Source: Gemmatimonadaceae bacterium | Lineage (GTDB): Bacteria; Gemmatimonadota; Gemmatimonadetes; Gemmatimonadales; Gemmatimonadaceae | Length of the DNA: 64,000 bases | Reading direction: 5' to 3' | NCBI GenBank assembly: GCA_044224875.1 | Contig: JBGAJQ010000001.1 | Span: forward strand, 1 to 64,000 | Shown here: positions 9,163 to 18,240 of the stretch, piece after piece | Layout of the letters: the number at the start of each line of letters is the position of its first letter | Numbering within the stretch: position 1 is the stretch's first letter | Notes under the pieces: generated by a model | What the model saw: only the letters and a program-made list of their open reading frames with translations | Database searches by the model: none | What the model was told of the DNA's origin: nothing | Position numbers and translations under genes: made by a program

Positions 9163-9600
9163 CTAGTGTCGCTTCTTGCCGCCTCCGTGCTTGCCGCTCT
9201 TTCCGGCGCTCGGGTTCACGCCCGTGTTGGTGACTGGCGCCTTGAAGCTCGACTTGGCGTGGGAGTTGTAGTCCACCTTCGGAGCGACAATCCCGCCAGA
9301 CGAGGGACTCGACGTGTTGATCGACCCTCGCCGACGTGAACGCCCACCTCCGTCGCCGCCTTTCGGCACAACTCCGTCCGGCAGGTCAACTTTTGGAAGC
9401 GCTGTCATGGACGCCGCAGCCTTCTTCCGCTTTCCGCCTTTGTCCTTTGTGGGGCGGGGCGGTGGCGGCGCCGCCTTGCGCGGAGCGCTGGCCTTGGCAC
9501 TCTTGCCCGCACGAGGGCGTCTTCCCATTGCGTCAGCACGCTCAGGAAGCACGGCACCAACCACCGCCGATGCCAGAACTACAGCCATGATTTTCCGCAT
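9163..9600 (-). CDS. Secreted, highly cationic low-complexity protein
   Basis: GGAG RBS; MRKIMAVVLASAVVGAVLPERADA signal peptide; K/R/G/P/S-rich mature region. Confidence 0.65.
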   Translation of the reverse strand: MRKIMAVVLASAVVGAVLPERADAMGRRPRAGKSAKASAPRKAAPPPPRPTKDKGGKRKKAAASMTALPKVDLPDGVVPKGGDGGGRSRRRGSINTSSPSSGGIVAPKVDYNSHAKSSFKAPVTNTGVNPSAGKSGKHGGGKKRH

Positions 9601-9992
9601 TCGTGAGGCTCCCATCAGATCGCCGGTCGGAGAACTCTGCCGAGACAATATGCGATGGCTGCAAGGTCCGCGCCCCGTGTGAGACGCCGACAAACCATTC
9701 AAGGCGGAGGACCGGGGATCCTGCGAAATCAGCAAATACTTGTCACACAACGACTTCCGATGAGCCTGACGCGCCGCCGCCGGGAGCCTAGCCTGACGAT
9801 CCTGCCGAACCACGAGTGGAAATGCCAACGTGCGTAGCGTGTATTCCACACCTCAGCGCGGTTCGTGGGCAGCACTCCGATACGCCGCGAAAGACCCTCC
9901 GAATCCGTCCGGACTGGTTTGCGCCTGACGAGTGCGACCGGCGCGTCTACTCATCGACTGTACAGCGACAGACGTCAACGAGGGACCAGGCC

Positions 9993-10184
9993 TTAGCTCT
10001 TGGTCGCGCAGGTGTTGATGCCGAAGACGCTATACAGCGGGCAGGTCCCGAACAGCCCCGTCAGGAGCGGGACAAGGCCGATGTAGCCGAAGGGCGTGCG
10101 GGGGCCGACAAACGCGATCGCGAGGAGGCCGACTCCCAGAGCGATGCGGAGGACGCGATCGGCAGATCCAACGTTGCTTTTCAT
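9993..10184 (-). CDS. DUF2892 (YgaP-like) membrane protein
   Basis: MKSNVG..DR..RI..G...G.VPL.TG....CPLY...GI.TC signature. Confidence 0.9.
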   Translation of the reverse strand: MKSNVGSADRVLRIALGVGLLAIAFVGPRTPFGYIGLVPLLTGLFGTCPLYSVFGINTCATKS

Positions 10185-10556
10185 GGCTCGTTCTCACGGA
10201 GATGGGTTCTTGTTAGGCAACGGATTCAAGCGCCATATCCGCGCCCAGCGGGCTCCGTTCCCGCGCGCCCGGGCATCACGCGCAACTTCCGGGATCTTCG
10301 GACGACGACGTCATCCTTCAGCGGACGGCCGCGGCCACCGAATGTAGGGGAATGCCCTCGTAACGCCGGCGGGACCCTCGGTCGAATCCGACGAGCCGCT
10401 GCTGCTCACGCTCGCGGTGACGAGAGCGCAAGCGAATGGTCAGGCAGGCACACCGGGGTCGTGCCGTCACGTTGAGGCGCGGTCTGCAACGACCTGCTGG
10501 ACGCCGCCCACGGCTGGTGGCATCGTCTACGCGATACCTTCTCTCGGGAGTATTGC

Positions 10557-11024
10557 GTGATGCGTCGCTGCCTGCTTGCCGTTGTTGGACCTGCACTCGC
10601 GCTGCTATCGGCACCGGTCAGGGCCCAGGATGCCCGAGCCGACGTCATGGCGGTGGTTCAACGCTTGTTCGATGGAATGCGCGCCGGGGACAGCGCCATG
10701 GTGCGTTCGGTGTTCCACCCCAAGGCACGCATGATCAGTGCGGGGAGTCGCACAGGAACCATGGTGGTGCGCGTCGAAGAATCACCGGATGGATTCGTGA
10801 AAGCCGTTGGGTCACCGCACCCGCAGCGCTGGGACGAACGGACGTCGAACGAGAAGTTCTTTGTGGACGGACCGATCGCCGTGGTGTGGGCGGATTACAC
10901 CTTTCATCTCGGCGAGAAGTTCAGCCACTGTGGGATCGATCACTTCCTGTTGGTTCAGGAAGGGGGCAAGTGGCTGGTGATGGAGCTGGCGGACACCCAG
11001 CGGCGTGAGGGGTGTCCCACGTAG
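10557..11024 (+). CDS. Secreted NTF2/SnoaL-like (lumazine-binding-like) protein
   Basis: Signal peptide ending VRA-Q; LFDGMRAGD...IAVVWADYTF...FSHCGIDHF.L. Confidence 0.8.
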   Translation: MMRRCLLAVVGPALALLSAPVRAQDARADVMAVVQRLFDGMRAGDSAMVRSVFHPKARMISAGSRTGTMVVRVEESPDGFVKAVGSPHPQRWDERTSNEKFFVDGPIAVVWADYTFHLGEKFSHCGIDHFLLVQEGGKWLVMELADTQRREGCPT

Positions 11025-11027
11025 GCG

Positions 11028-11069
11028 CATCGGGGCGTCGACGCGAAGTGGCGGGTCGACGCCCCGATG
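11028..11069. terminator. Stem-loop between convergent genes
   Basis: CATCGGGGCGTCGAC...GTCGACGCCCCGATG, 15-bp perfect stem with a 12-nt loop. Confidence 0.7.
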
Positions 11070-11080
11070 GTGGCGCTTGT

Positions 11081-11500
11081 TCAGCGCTTCACGAAGATGG
11101 GCTCTGGAACGCCGACGAGCGCAAGGATCGCCGAACCCTTCCAGCCCACGTCGGCAATGAGTGAGTCGCCGCGGATCAGGAGTTCGTGCTTGTCGCCGTC
11201 CTTCTGCGGGTCCAGGTACAACCGGTCGCCTTCAACCCGATAGCTTCCGTGGTCGTTGTCGCGATCACGGTCCTCCTTCACGGCAACGTTGACCTCCAGG
11301 TCGTACTGGCCACGGCCGTCGAGTTTCAGGACCGCGTCGAATTTCCAAGGAATAGTCGCTGTGGTGCCCTTGCCGGCATACACGTACCGACCCTTCACCG
11401 AACGGTCGCGCAGGGTTTGAGCGAACGCCGACTCTCGCCCGCAACCCGACGCCCCGGCGAACAGCAGACTGGCAGCTCCGACGATCAATGCGCGCGACAT
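11081..11500 (-). CDS. Hypothetical lipoprotein
   Basis: AGGAG RBS; MSRALIVGAASLLFAGASGC lipoprotein-like signal. Confidence 0.65.
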   Translation of the reverse strand: MSRALIVGAASLLFAGASGCGRESAFAQTLRDRSVKGRYVYAGKGTTATIPWKFDAVLKLDGRGQYDLEVNVAVKEDRDRDNDHGSYRVEGDRLYLDPQKDGDKHELLIRGDSLIADVGWKGSAILALVGVPEPIFVKR

Positions 11501-11554
11501 GGCAGCTCCTGGAAGTGGTCGCGAGGACACAACGTTCGCGCGCGTCCGTCAGTT

Positions 11555-13057
11555 TCAGTGCGACAACGTTCCCAGGTCGTCTCGGACCCCTTCGGCCACG
11601 CGATCGGCCAACGCCATGATGGTCAGGTACGGATTGATCTCCAGTGAATCCGGAAAGAGCGAGGCATCCGCCACACGTAGCCACGGCATGCCATGGACGC
11701 GCCCGCGTGAATCTGTCACGCTGTCGCCGGGTGCGCCCATGCCGCACCCGCCCATGAGGTGCGCGGCGGAGATCGAGATGCGCCCCGGGAGGAAGTGTTT
11801 GCTGTGCACTAGGTCGTCAATCCGATACGCGTCGCCACGTTCGATCAGTGGTGGGTCGGCGCTCGGCGCGTGGACGCGGAGCGCGCCGGCGGCAAAGAAG
11901 ATCCTCGCCGACGTTCGCGTGGCGCGGACGAGTGACTCGATGACCGTGGGCGTGAACGTGTAGTGAACGACGGGACGGCCATTGACGTCGATCGTGATGC
12001 GATTCTGCGGTACGGCGTGATCGCAGGCAAGCACGAGGATCATCTGCAGCCGGGGAAAGGCGCGCATCAGGCGGGCGTGCGGTTCCCCAAATCCCGTGAG
12101 GTTCTTCGCCGTAGTGAACGGGAAGTACATGCACGTTTCCAGGACGAAGCCCTCCTCCTCGGCGCGGTCCAGAAAGTACGACTTGGGGTGACCGACGTCG
12201 TTGGTGATTTCCTGTTCGTGCTCGCCGACGAGGATATGTGCTGGATGACAGGTGAACCCGTGTCCCAACCGTGGTAGCTGACGAGTGATGTCGGAGCGCA
12301 GCAGCAACGCGGATGTACCGATGGAGCCGGCGCAGGTGACAATGAGGGGAGCGGTCACCCGATACTCACCGGGCGCCCATGGGGAGGGGAGACCCTTCGT
12401 CCCTGGAAGCCGCTCGGTGACGCGCACCACCGCCGCCCGTTCTTCCAGCCGCAGGACTTCGGCGCGCGTGACCACTTCCACGCCATCTCGTTCCGCGTTA
12501 GGCAGCTGAACGCGGTGCGTGCCCATCTTGGCGGCGTTCGGGCAGCCCAGGTTACACAGGGAGGAGCCCTTGCAGCCGCGCAGGTTCAACGGAAACTGTT
12601 CAGCCTTGAGACCGGCGCGCAGGCACCCGGTTACGAAGAGCTTGTTGTTCTGATTGATGAGGACACGGGGGAGGTAGTGCACGTCGTTTTGCGCCATGTA
12701 CTTTCGCGAGCGCTGCTCGACGTCGCTCCATTCCAGTCCGGGCACGCACCAGGATCGAATGACGCGGTCGGGGGCGATGAGCGACGTTCCGGTGTACACG
12801 ACCGTCGATCCCCCGTACAGGCGGCCAAAGGCCAGCGTCATGGCGCCGTCGGCGGTGAGGAATCCACCGCCGTCCTCGTATAGCACGCTGGACATGTCGA
12901 GTTCACGGCCCGTGAACTCGTGATCCTCGAGCCGCGGCCCCTGTTCGAGCACCAGAATGCGCTTGCCCGCGCGGGCAAGGGAACCGAGTTCCTGGGCTAC
13001 GGTGCCTCCGCCGGCGCCGGAGCCAATGACAATGACGTCGTAGCTTCGCTGGTTCAC
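11555..13057 (-). CDS. GMC family oxidoreductase
   Basis: DVIVIGSGAGGG FAD motif, GGSTVV, CxxxxxCxxGC, AHLMGGC, VADASLFP...NPYLTIMALA. Confidence 0.92.
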   Translation of the reverse strand: MNQRSYDVIVIGSGAGGGTVAQELGSLARAGKRILVLEQGPRLEDHEFTGRELDMSSVLYEDGGGFLTADGAMTLAFGRLYGGSTVVYTGTSLIAPDRVIRSWCVPGLEWSDVEQRSRKYMAQNDVHYLPRVLINQNNKLFVTGCLRAGLKAEQFPLNLRGCKGSSLCNLGCPNAAKMGTHRVQLPNAERDGVEVVTRAEVLRLEERAAVVRVTERLPGTKGLPSPWAPGEYRVTAPLIVTCAGSIGTSALLLRSDITRQLPRLGHGFTCHPAHILVGEHEQEITNDVGHPKSYFLDRAEEEGFVLETCMYFPFTTAKNLTGFGEPHARLMRAFPRLQMILVLACDHAVPQNRITIDVNGRPVVHYTFTPTVIESLVRATRTSARIFFAAGALRVHAPSADPPLIERGDAYRIDDLVHSKHFLPGRISISAAHLMGGCGMGAPGDSVTDSRGRVHGMPWLRVADASLFPDSLEINPYLTIMALADRVAEGVRDDLGTLSH

Positions 13058-13491
13058 GCGGACATGCCCGGTGGATCGTTAGGCTGGCGACGGGCTGCCC
13101 ATCCCTCCGGTGATGCCCGATAGCCGATAGCGACGGCGGCGGCCGGTCGAGCGTAGTATCCCATGAACACGAGGGTGCGAAGACCCCACATCCCGCGTCG
13201 GAGCACGAGGACACGCGAGTTTTGCAGGCTGGTCAACACGCGCTCCTGCTGCGCGGCGCCAAGCCGCCGGAAACGCGTACCGAATCGAATGACCGGCAGC
13301 ATGTCGATCGCGCGAAGAAACATCACGAGCTGCTTCTGAAGCTGCGCGGGGCGGGACGCGAGGCCGAATTCAACGATGCGTTCGAGCTCTGTCCACTCGC
13401 TCTCTGGCAGCTCCTTGCACTCCGGCACGACGGTCGCGGCGACGGCGCGAAAGACACCGCGAACGGGATGAAGGAGCGACGAGGTCGTCAC
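13054..13491 (-). CDS. Gluconate 2-dehydrogenase subunit 3-like partner protein
   Basis: 4-bp overlap with the GMC gene; F..L....QERVL...LRTLVFMGYY....AIGY pattern. Confidence 0.7.
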   Translation of the reverse strand: MTTSSLLHPVRGVFRAVAATVVPECKELPESEWTELERIVEFGLASRPAQLQKQLVMFLRAIDMLPVIRFGTRFRRLGAAQQERVLTSLQNSRVLVLRRGMWGLRTLVFMGYYARPAAAVAIGYRASPEGWAARRQPNDPPGMSA

Positions 13492-13644
13492 AGGCCGGTG
13501 CCGGCGAACGTTATCGGGAGCACCGGCGCGAAGCGCGGTGCGCGTCGGACGAAGCTACTGACTCTGGCGTAGACCGGCAACCAAACCCGTAAGGTTCTCC
13601 GACCTGGGGAGACCAACTCATACGGCTCCCTCCACAACGCTCAC

Positions 13645-15081
13645 ATGCGCATTGGCCTGCTCATCCACGTTTCGTTTCTTCTCCTCGGCAACAACGTACA
13701 GGCGCAACGTGTCGTCGCCATTCGGGACATCACGGTGATCGACGGAACGGGATCCGCGCCTCGCGTCCGTCAGACCGTCGTACTTCGTGGCGACCGCATC
13801 GCCGCCGTCGGCCCGTCGGGTTCGACGCGGATTCCCCGCGACGCGCGTGTGATCGAAGGGCGTGGTCAGTACCTGCTGCCCGGTTTCATCGACGTCCACG
13901 CGCACTACCAACTGGGTCCCGTCAGTATGGACACCGTCGCCAATGTGCCGGTGATGCGCATGGCGCTCGATCCCGCTGGGGGCGTCGAGTCTCTGCAAAC
14001 GCTGCTGGCGTTTGGCGTGACCACCATCCGCAACCCCGCGGCGAACGCCGTGACCGCCGTGGCCATACGGGATTCCGTGCGTCTCGGGCTTCTGCGAGGG
14101 CCGCGGATCTTCACTGCCGGAGAAGCCATCGACGGCATCGCGCCAGTAGACGGACTGTCGGTGGTCGTGAAGTCGGAAGACGAAGCGCGGCGGGAAGTCG
14201 ATCGCCAAGCCGCGTTAGGCGTCGACTATGTGAAATTGTACGCCGGCCTTGGTCCCACCTACGTGCGCGCCGCGATCGACGAGGCTCACCGCCGGGGAAT
14301 TCGCGCCATCGGCCACCTGTTCATGACCTCATGGACGGATGCTGCCAATGACGGCATCGATGGCATCGTGCACATCACGCCGGGAACACCACGCCTGTTA
14401 CCTCCGGAGCAACGAGCCAAATTTCAACAACGATTCCGCGGCACGCAGTTCATGCTCGAATGGTTCAACTACGTGGATACGCAATCGCCGGAAATTCGAG
14501 GGATGCTGGAGGCCTTGGTGTCGCATCGAGTGTTCGTCGATCCCACCCTCGTGACGTTCGAGGCGATGGCATGGGGAGACAGCGCACGTGTGATCGACTC
14601 TCCTGACCTCAAGTACGCGCCCATCTCCCTGCAGAAGAGCTGGAAGACCTTCAGCCTCACCAGCGGATGGACGCCGGCGGACTTCGAGGAATCCCGACGC
14701 GCGTGGCCGCAGGTGCTGGCGTTCACCAAGACGCTCTACGACGCGGGGGTACAGCTAACCGCTGGCACGGACATGTCGAACCCGTGGACGGTTCCGGGTG
14801 CCAGCTTTCACCGCGAATTGCAGCTGTTGGCCGCATCTGGCATCCCAAATCTCGAGGTGTTGCGCATCGCCACCCGTAACGGCGCGCACAGCTTGGGCAT
14901 TGAATCCGACGTCGGCTCCATTGCCGTGGGCAAGGTGGCGGACTTGGTGATCCTGACGGCAGATCCGGTGGCGGATATCCGCAACACGCGTGCGATCGCC
15001 TGGGTGGTGCAGGGCGGAGTTCCGGCTCGCCCGGACGTGTTGCTTCCCGACCGCTTACGGGCGAGCGTACATGCACGCTAG
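13645..15081 (+). CDS. Secreted amidohydrolase family protein
   Basis: Signal peptide; LLPGFIDVHAH, YVKLY, AGTD, GKVADLVIL.ADP. Confidence 0.9.
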   Translation: MRIGLLIHVSFLLLGNNVQAQRVVAIRDITVIDGTGSAPRVRQTVVLRGDRIAAVGPSGSTRIPRDARVIEGRGQYLLPGFIDVHAHYQLGPVSMDTVANVPVMRMALDPAGGVESLQTLLAFGVTTIRNPAANAVTAVAIRDSVRLGLLRGPRIFTAGEAIDGIAPVDGLSVVVKSEDEARREVDRQAALGVDYVKLYAGLGPTYVRAAIDEAHRRGIRAIGHLFMTSWTDAANDGIDGIVHITPGTPRLLPPEQRAKFQQRFRGTQFMLEWFNYVDTQSPEIRGMLEALVSHRVFVDPTLVTFEAMAWGDSARVIDSPDLKYAPISLQKSWKTFSLTSGWTPADFEESRRAWPQVLAFTKTLYDAGVQLTAGTDMSNPWTVPGASFHRELQLLAASGIPNLEVLRIATRNGAHSLGIESDVGSIAVGKVADLVILTADPVADIRNTRAIAWVVQGGVPARPDVLLPDRLRASVHAR

Positions 15082-15637
15082 CGTCGCCGACGCCTCCCTC
15101 CCGTCGATCACCGTGTCCGCGCAGCCCGTGGATGAACATCGATTCGCTGCGTTGTTGAACGCGTATGCGGGCCCGTTGCAGCGGCTGTGCGCATTGTACG
15201 AGCGCAATCCGGCGGAACGCGATGACATGATGCAGGAGATTTCCTTCGCCATCTGGCGCGCGCTGCCAACGTTCCGTGGAGATTGCAGCGAACGGACGTT
15301 CGTCTTTCGCATCGCGCACAATCGGGTGCTGTCATGGCGCTTTCGGCGCCGACTCGCCACCGAACCGCTGGAGGCAGCCACCGACGTCGCGGATGCCGGC
15401 CCCGGTCCCGAGGTGCGACTCGAGCGCGCGACAGAGCGAGCCCAGCTCCTTGGCGCATTGCGCCAGCTGCCCGAGCACTTGCGCGAACCGGTTGTCCTCC
15501 GGCTGGAGGGCTTGAGCGACCGAGAAATCAGCGGCGTACTTGGCATCAGTGAAGGCAACGTCGCCGTGCGGCTCACACGTGCTCGTCAGGCACTGCGTGC
15601 AATCTTCGAATCACTCTCTCCGGGCGACCGACCATGA
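15071..15637 (+). CDS. ECF RNA polymerase sigma factor
   Basis: DDMMQEISFAIWRALPTFRG...TFVFRIAHN (region 2); LRLEGLS..EI...LGISEGNV.VRLTRAR (region 4). Start approximate. Confidence 0.9.
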   Translation: MHASVADASLPSITVSAQPVDEHRFAALLNAYAGPLQRLCALYERNPAERDDMMQEISFAIWRALPTFRGDCSERTFVFRIAHNRVLSWRFRRRLATEPLEAATDVADAGPGPEVRLERATERAQLLGALRQLPEHLREPVVLRLEGLSDREISGVLGISEGNVAVRLTRARQALRAIFESLSPGDRP

Positions 15638-16233
15638 ACTCCCCACGCGATGACTGGGATGCGCTGGTCTCCTCGTGGCGCGCCTTCCCAGACGGCGTCC
15701 AACCCACGGATCAGTTCGAGGCGCTTCGTCGCACGGCGCGACGACGGGGCCAGGGATTGCAGGCCCTGGTCGTGTTCGAGGTGTGCCTGACGATAGCGGT
15801 GCTCGCCTTCGTGGTGGAGCTGCTGCTCCGGGAGCGAAGCCGGTTGTCGTGGATTTCCGCTGGTTGCACGGTCGCTATCACGATCGTGGTATGGTCCTTC
15901 ACCACGTGGAACCGCCGGCGGGTGTGGAAGCCGTTGTCCGAGACCACTGCTGAATACCTGCGCTTGTCTCGGCACCGAATCGTTGCAGGGAAGCGCACGT
16001 TGCGCTTTGTGCGGGCCAGCACGGTGGTGTATGTGGCGGCGTATGGTCCCTGGTTCCTGTACCGTGCGTCGCGACTGACGCTGAGCGACGGTGAGATCCT
16101 CCGCTGGCTGGCGGCGGCCACCTACGCCGTGGGGTTGGCAGCGTGGAGCATCTGGTATTCACGTCGTCTTTCACGCGACATGGCGCAGGTCGAGGCGATA
16201 GAGGTGGCGTTGGACCTGCGCCAAGCGGCGTAG
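15634..16233 (+). CDS. Putative membrane anti-sigma factor
   Basis: ATGA overlap with the sigma gene; short soluble N-terminus (DWDALVSSW) plus about 4 TM helices. Confidence 0.65.
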   Translation: MNSPRDDWDALVSSWRAFPDGVQPTDQFEALRRTARRRGQGLQALVVFEVCLTIAVLAFVVELLLRERSRLSWISAGCTVAITIVVWSFTTWNRRRVWKPLSETTAEYLRLSRHRIVAGKRTLRFVRASTVVYVAAYGPWFLYRASRLTLSDGEILRWLAAATYAVGLAAWSIWYSRRLSRDMAQVEAIEVALDLRQAA

Positions 16234-16239
16234 CACGTC

Positions 16240-17667
16240 CTAGAAGGCCGATCGCGGAATGGCGAGCGTCGTTTCCCGCGCCGGCTCCTGGGATACATGT
16301 TGTGGTCGGCGACGGAGTGCTCGCCAGGTGCAATACACGATGCGCGGTGAGAAGATGGACATCGGAGATTTCTGCAGGTTCATCACGTACAGGAACGCGC
16401 GGGAAACATCCCGGTCGACGGCGGACGCTCGCTGCACGCACGAGACGTAGGCGTTGATCGCGTCCACAAACGGTGGGCGACGACCGGCGGTCTTGGCGAA
16501 ACGGAAGTCCTCGCCAACGGTGATCTGCCACGGGATGTCCACGACTCGTGCCGCGCGCCGGAAGAAGTGACGCCACGTGCCGCGCAAACCACCGGACTGA
16601 CGCTGTCTCATCAGCACATCGTCCAGCGCCACCGCCTGTAGAGTGGCAGACGTCATGCCCTGTCCATACACCGGATTGAACGACGCAATGGCGTCGCCGA
16701 GCACCAGGAAGCCCTCCGGGAAACGCCGCAAGCGTTCGTAATGACGGCGCAGTGACGAGGGTAGCTTGTGCACCATGACATCCGAAATTGCCTCACTGCG
16801 TTCGATCACCTCGGAGATGTCTCCGGCCGGTAGGCCGCGGGCAAAGTCACGAAAGCCCTCATCGCTGGTGACGGCGTGATCCCCATGCCAACCCCCGAGG
16901 GTCACGATCCAGCGATCGCCCTCGATCGGAAACATCACGCCAATGCGTGTCTCGCGAGGGGCCACGGGAGAAATGAGCATGGCCTCCGCCCCACGCAGCC
17001 CGGCGCTCGTTCGCCGGTACAGCCGCGTGGCATACGCGATGTCGACCTTGACCTCGGAGACCGGCGGCGGCGCGTAACCGAGGCGTTCGAGCCGATCGGG
17101 TGTGCGCGATCCACGGCCGGTCGCGTCGACAATGAGGTCGCCCAGCAAAGGGGTCGCGTGTTCATCCTGGGCGTGTGCCGGTCGCACCACCACGCCGGTG
17201 ACGGCGGTTCGATCGGTTGACGTCAGGAGCGAGTCGACCGACGTCCCCGACAGGCAGGTAACGTTAGGCAGCGCGAGCACACGCCGACGGATGTGTTGCT
17301 CAACTAGCGGACGGCTGAGGAAGAGCCCTTCGAACCCACTCTCGAACTGGAGCTTGTACGTCCCGTGCTGGTACCAGCGCAGGTCACCAGACATGTCACC
17401 CGGCACGGCGCCGTCCGCGATCAGCGACTCGCGCAGTCCCGGAAAGAGGTAGTTCAGGTTGGTGAGCCCCCACGCCAGAAGTCCGTGGGCGTGTCGACCC
17501 TGCGGAGTTCCTTTCCGCTCCATCGGCTGGTCCGTCAGCTCATCGCGTTCCACCAGCGTGACTCGTTGGAAGTGCGTGGACAGCACGCGTGCGGCAACCA
17601 GGCCGGCAATGCTGCCGCCGAGGACAATGGCGTGACCGAATCGAGGCGAGGCGTTCGTGGGTCGCAT
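16240..17667 (-). CDS. FAD-dependent monooxygenase/oxidoreductase
   Basis: VLGGSIAGL, PQGRHAH, DATGRGSR, LGDAIASFNPVYGQGMT. Confidence 0.88.
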   Translation of the reverse strand: MRPTNASPRFGHAIVLGGSIAGLVAARVLSTHFQRVTLVERDELTDQPMERKGTPQGRHAHGLLAWGLTNLNYLFPGLRESLIADGAVPGDMSGDLRWYQHGTYKLQFESGFEGLFLSRPLVEQHIRRRVLALPNVTCLSGTSVDSLLTSTDRTAVTGVVVRPAHAQDEHATPLLGDLIVDATGRGSRTPDRLERLGYAPPPVSEVKVDIAYATRLYRRTSAGLRGAEAMLISPVAPRETRIGVMFPIEGDRWIVTLGGWHGDHAVTSDEGFRDFARGLPAGDISEVIERSEAISDVMVHKLPSSLRRHYERLRRFPEGFLVLGDAIASFNPVYGQGMTSATLQAVALDDVLMRQRQSGGLRGTWRHFFRRAARVVDIPWQITVGEDFRFAKTAGRRPPFVDAINAYVSCVQRASAVDRDVSRAFLYVMNLQKSPMSIFSPRIVYCTWRALRRRPQHVSQEPARETTLAIPRSAF

Positions 17668-17955
17668 GACGGTGTGTGAGGAAGCGTTGACCAGGGGGCC
17701 GGGACGCCCGGATGACCTGTCTACGACCGGACATCGCGTCCGGATTGCCAGTAGAAGGAAAGGCGGAGGACGGTGTCAGCGGCCGACGGTGCGATCCCAC
17801 GCGTTGCTCGGCGTCCGGGGCCGGTGGCTACCTGGGTCGCGTTCACAGGCTTGCTTGCCGACCCCGCGATCGAGGTGCAGGTTGTGTCGCCGCCCGTCAG
17901 GCTGGGCGGACGAGCCTCACTTCGCACGAAGACCTAACGAACCCGAGAGGGCAAC

Positions 17956-18240
17956 GTGACACAGCAGGACGCGTCGTTGCGTGCGTTGGCGCAGGAACGC
18001 ATGCGGTATGCCGTGGCACTCACGGTGACCATGATCGCGATCTACTTCGGGTTCATCCTCTTGATCGCGTACAACAAGCCGCTCATGGGGTCGTTGCTGG
18101 TTCCGGGACTGAGCCTCGGGATCCTGCTCGGGGCACTCGTCATCGTGGTGTCGTGGCTCCTGACGTGGGTGTACGTGCGCTGGGCGAACCGCGTGTACGA
18201 CGTGCGATTGGCTGCGTGGAAGGGCGAGGAGCCGCGATGA
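17956..18240 (+). CDS. yjcH: DUF485 membrane protein (YjcH-like), ActP partner
   Basis: YFGFILLIAY...SWLLTWVYVRWAN..YD; directly upstream of actP. Confidence 0.9.
   Translation: MTQQDASLRALAQERMRYAVALTVTMIAIYFGFILLIAYNKPLMGSLLVPGLSLGILLGALVIVVSWLLTWVYVRWANRVYDVRLAAWKGEEPR

Noticed and set aside
17712..18236. Apparent N-terminal extension of ActP (702 aa)
   Set aside because: Overlaps the DUF485 gene; the ATGA overlap supports the start at 18237.
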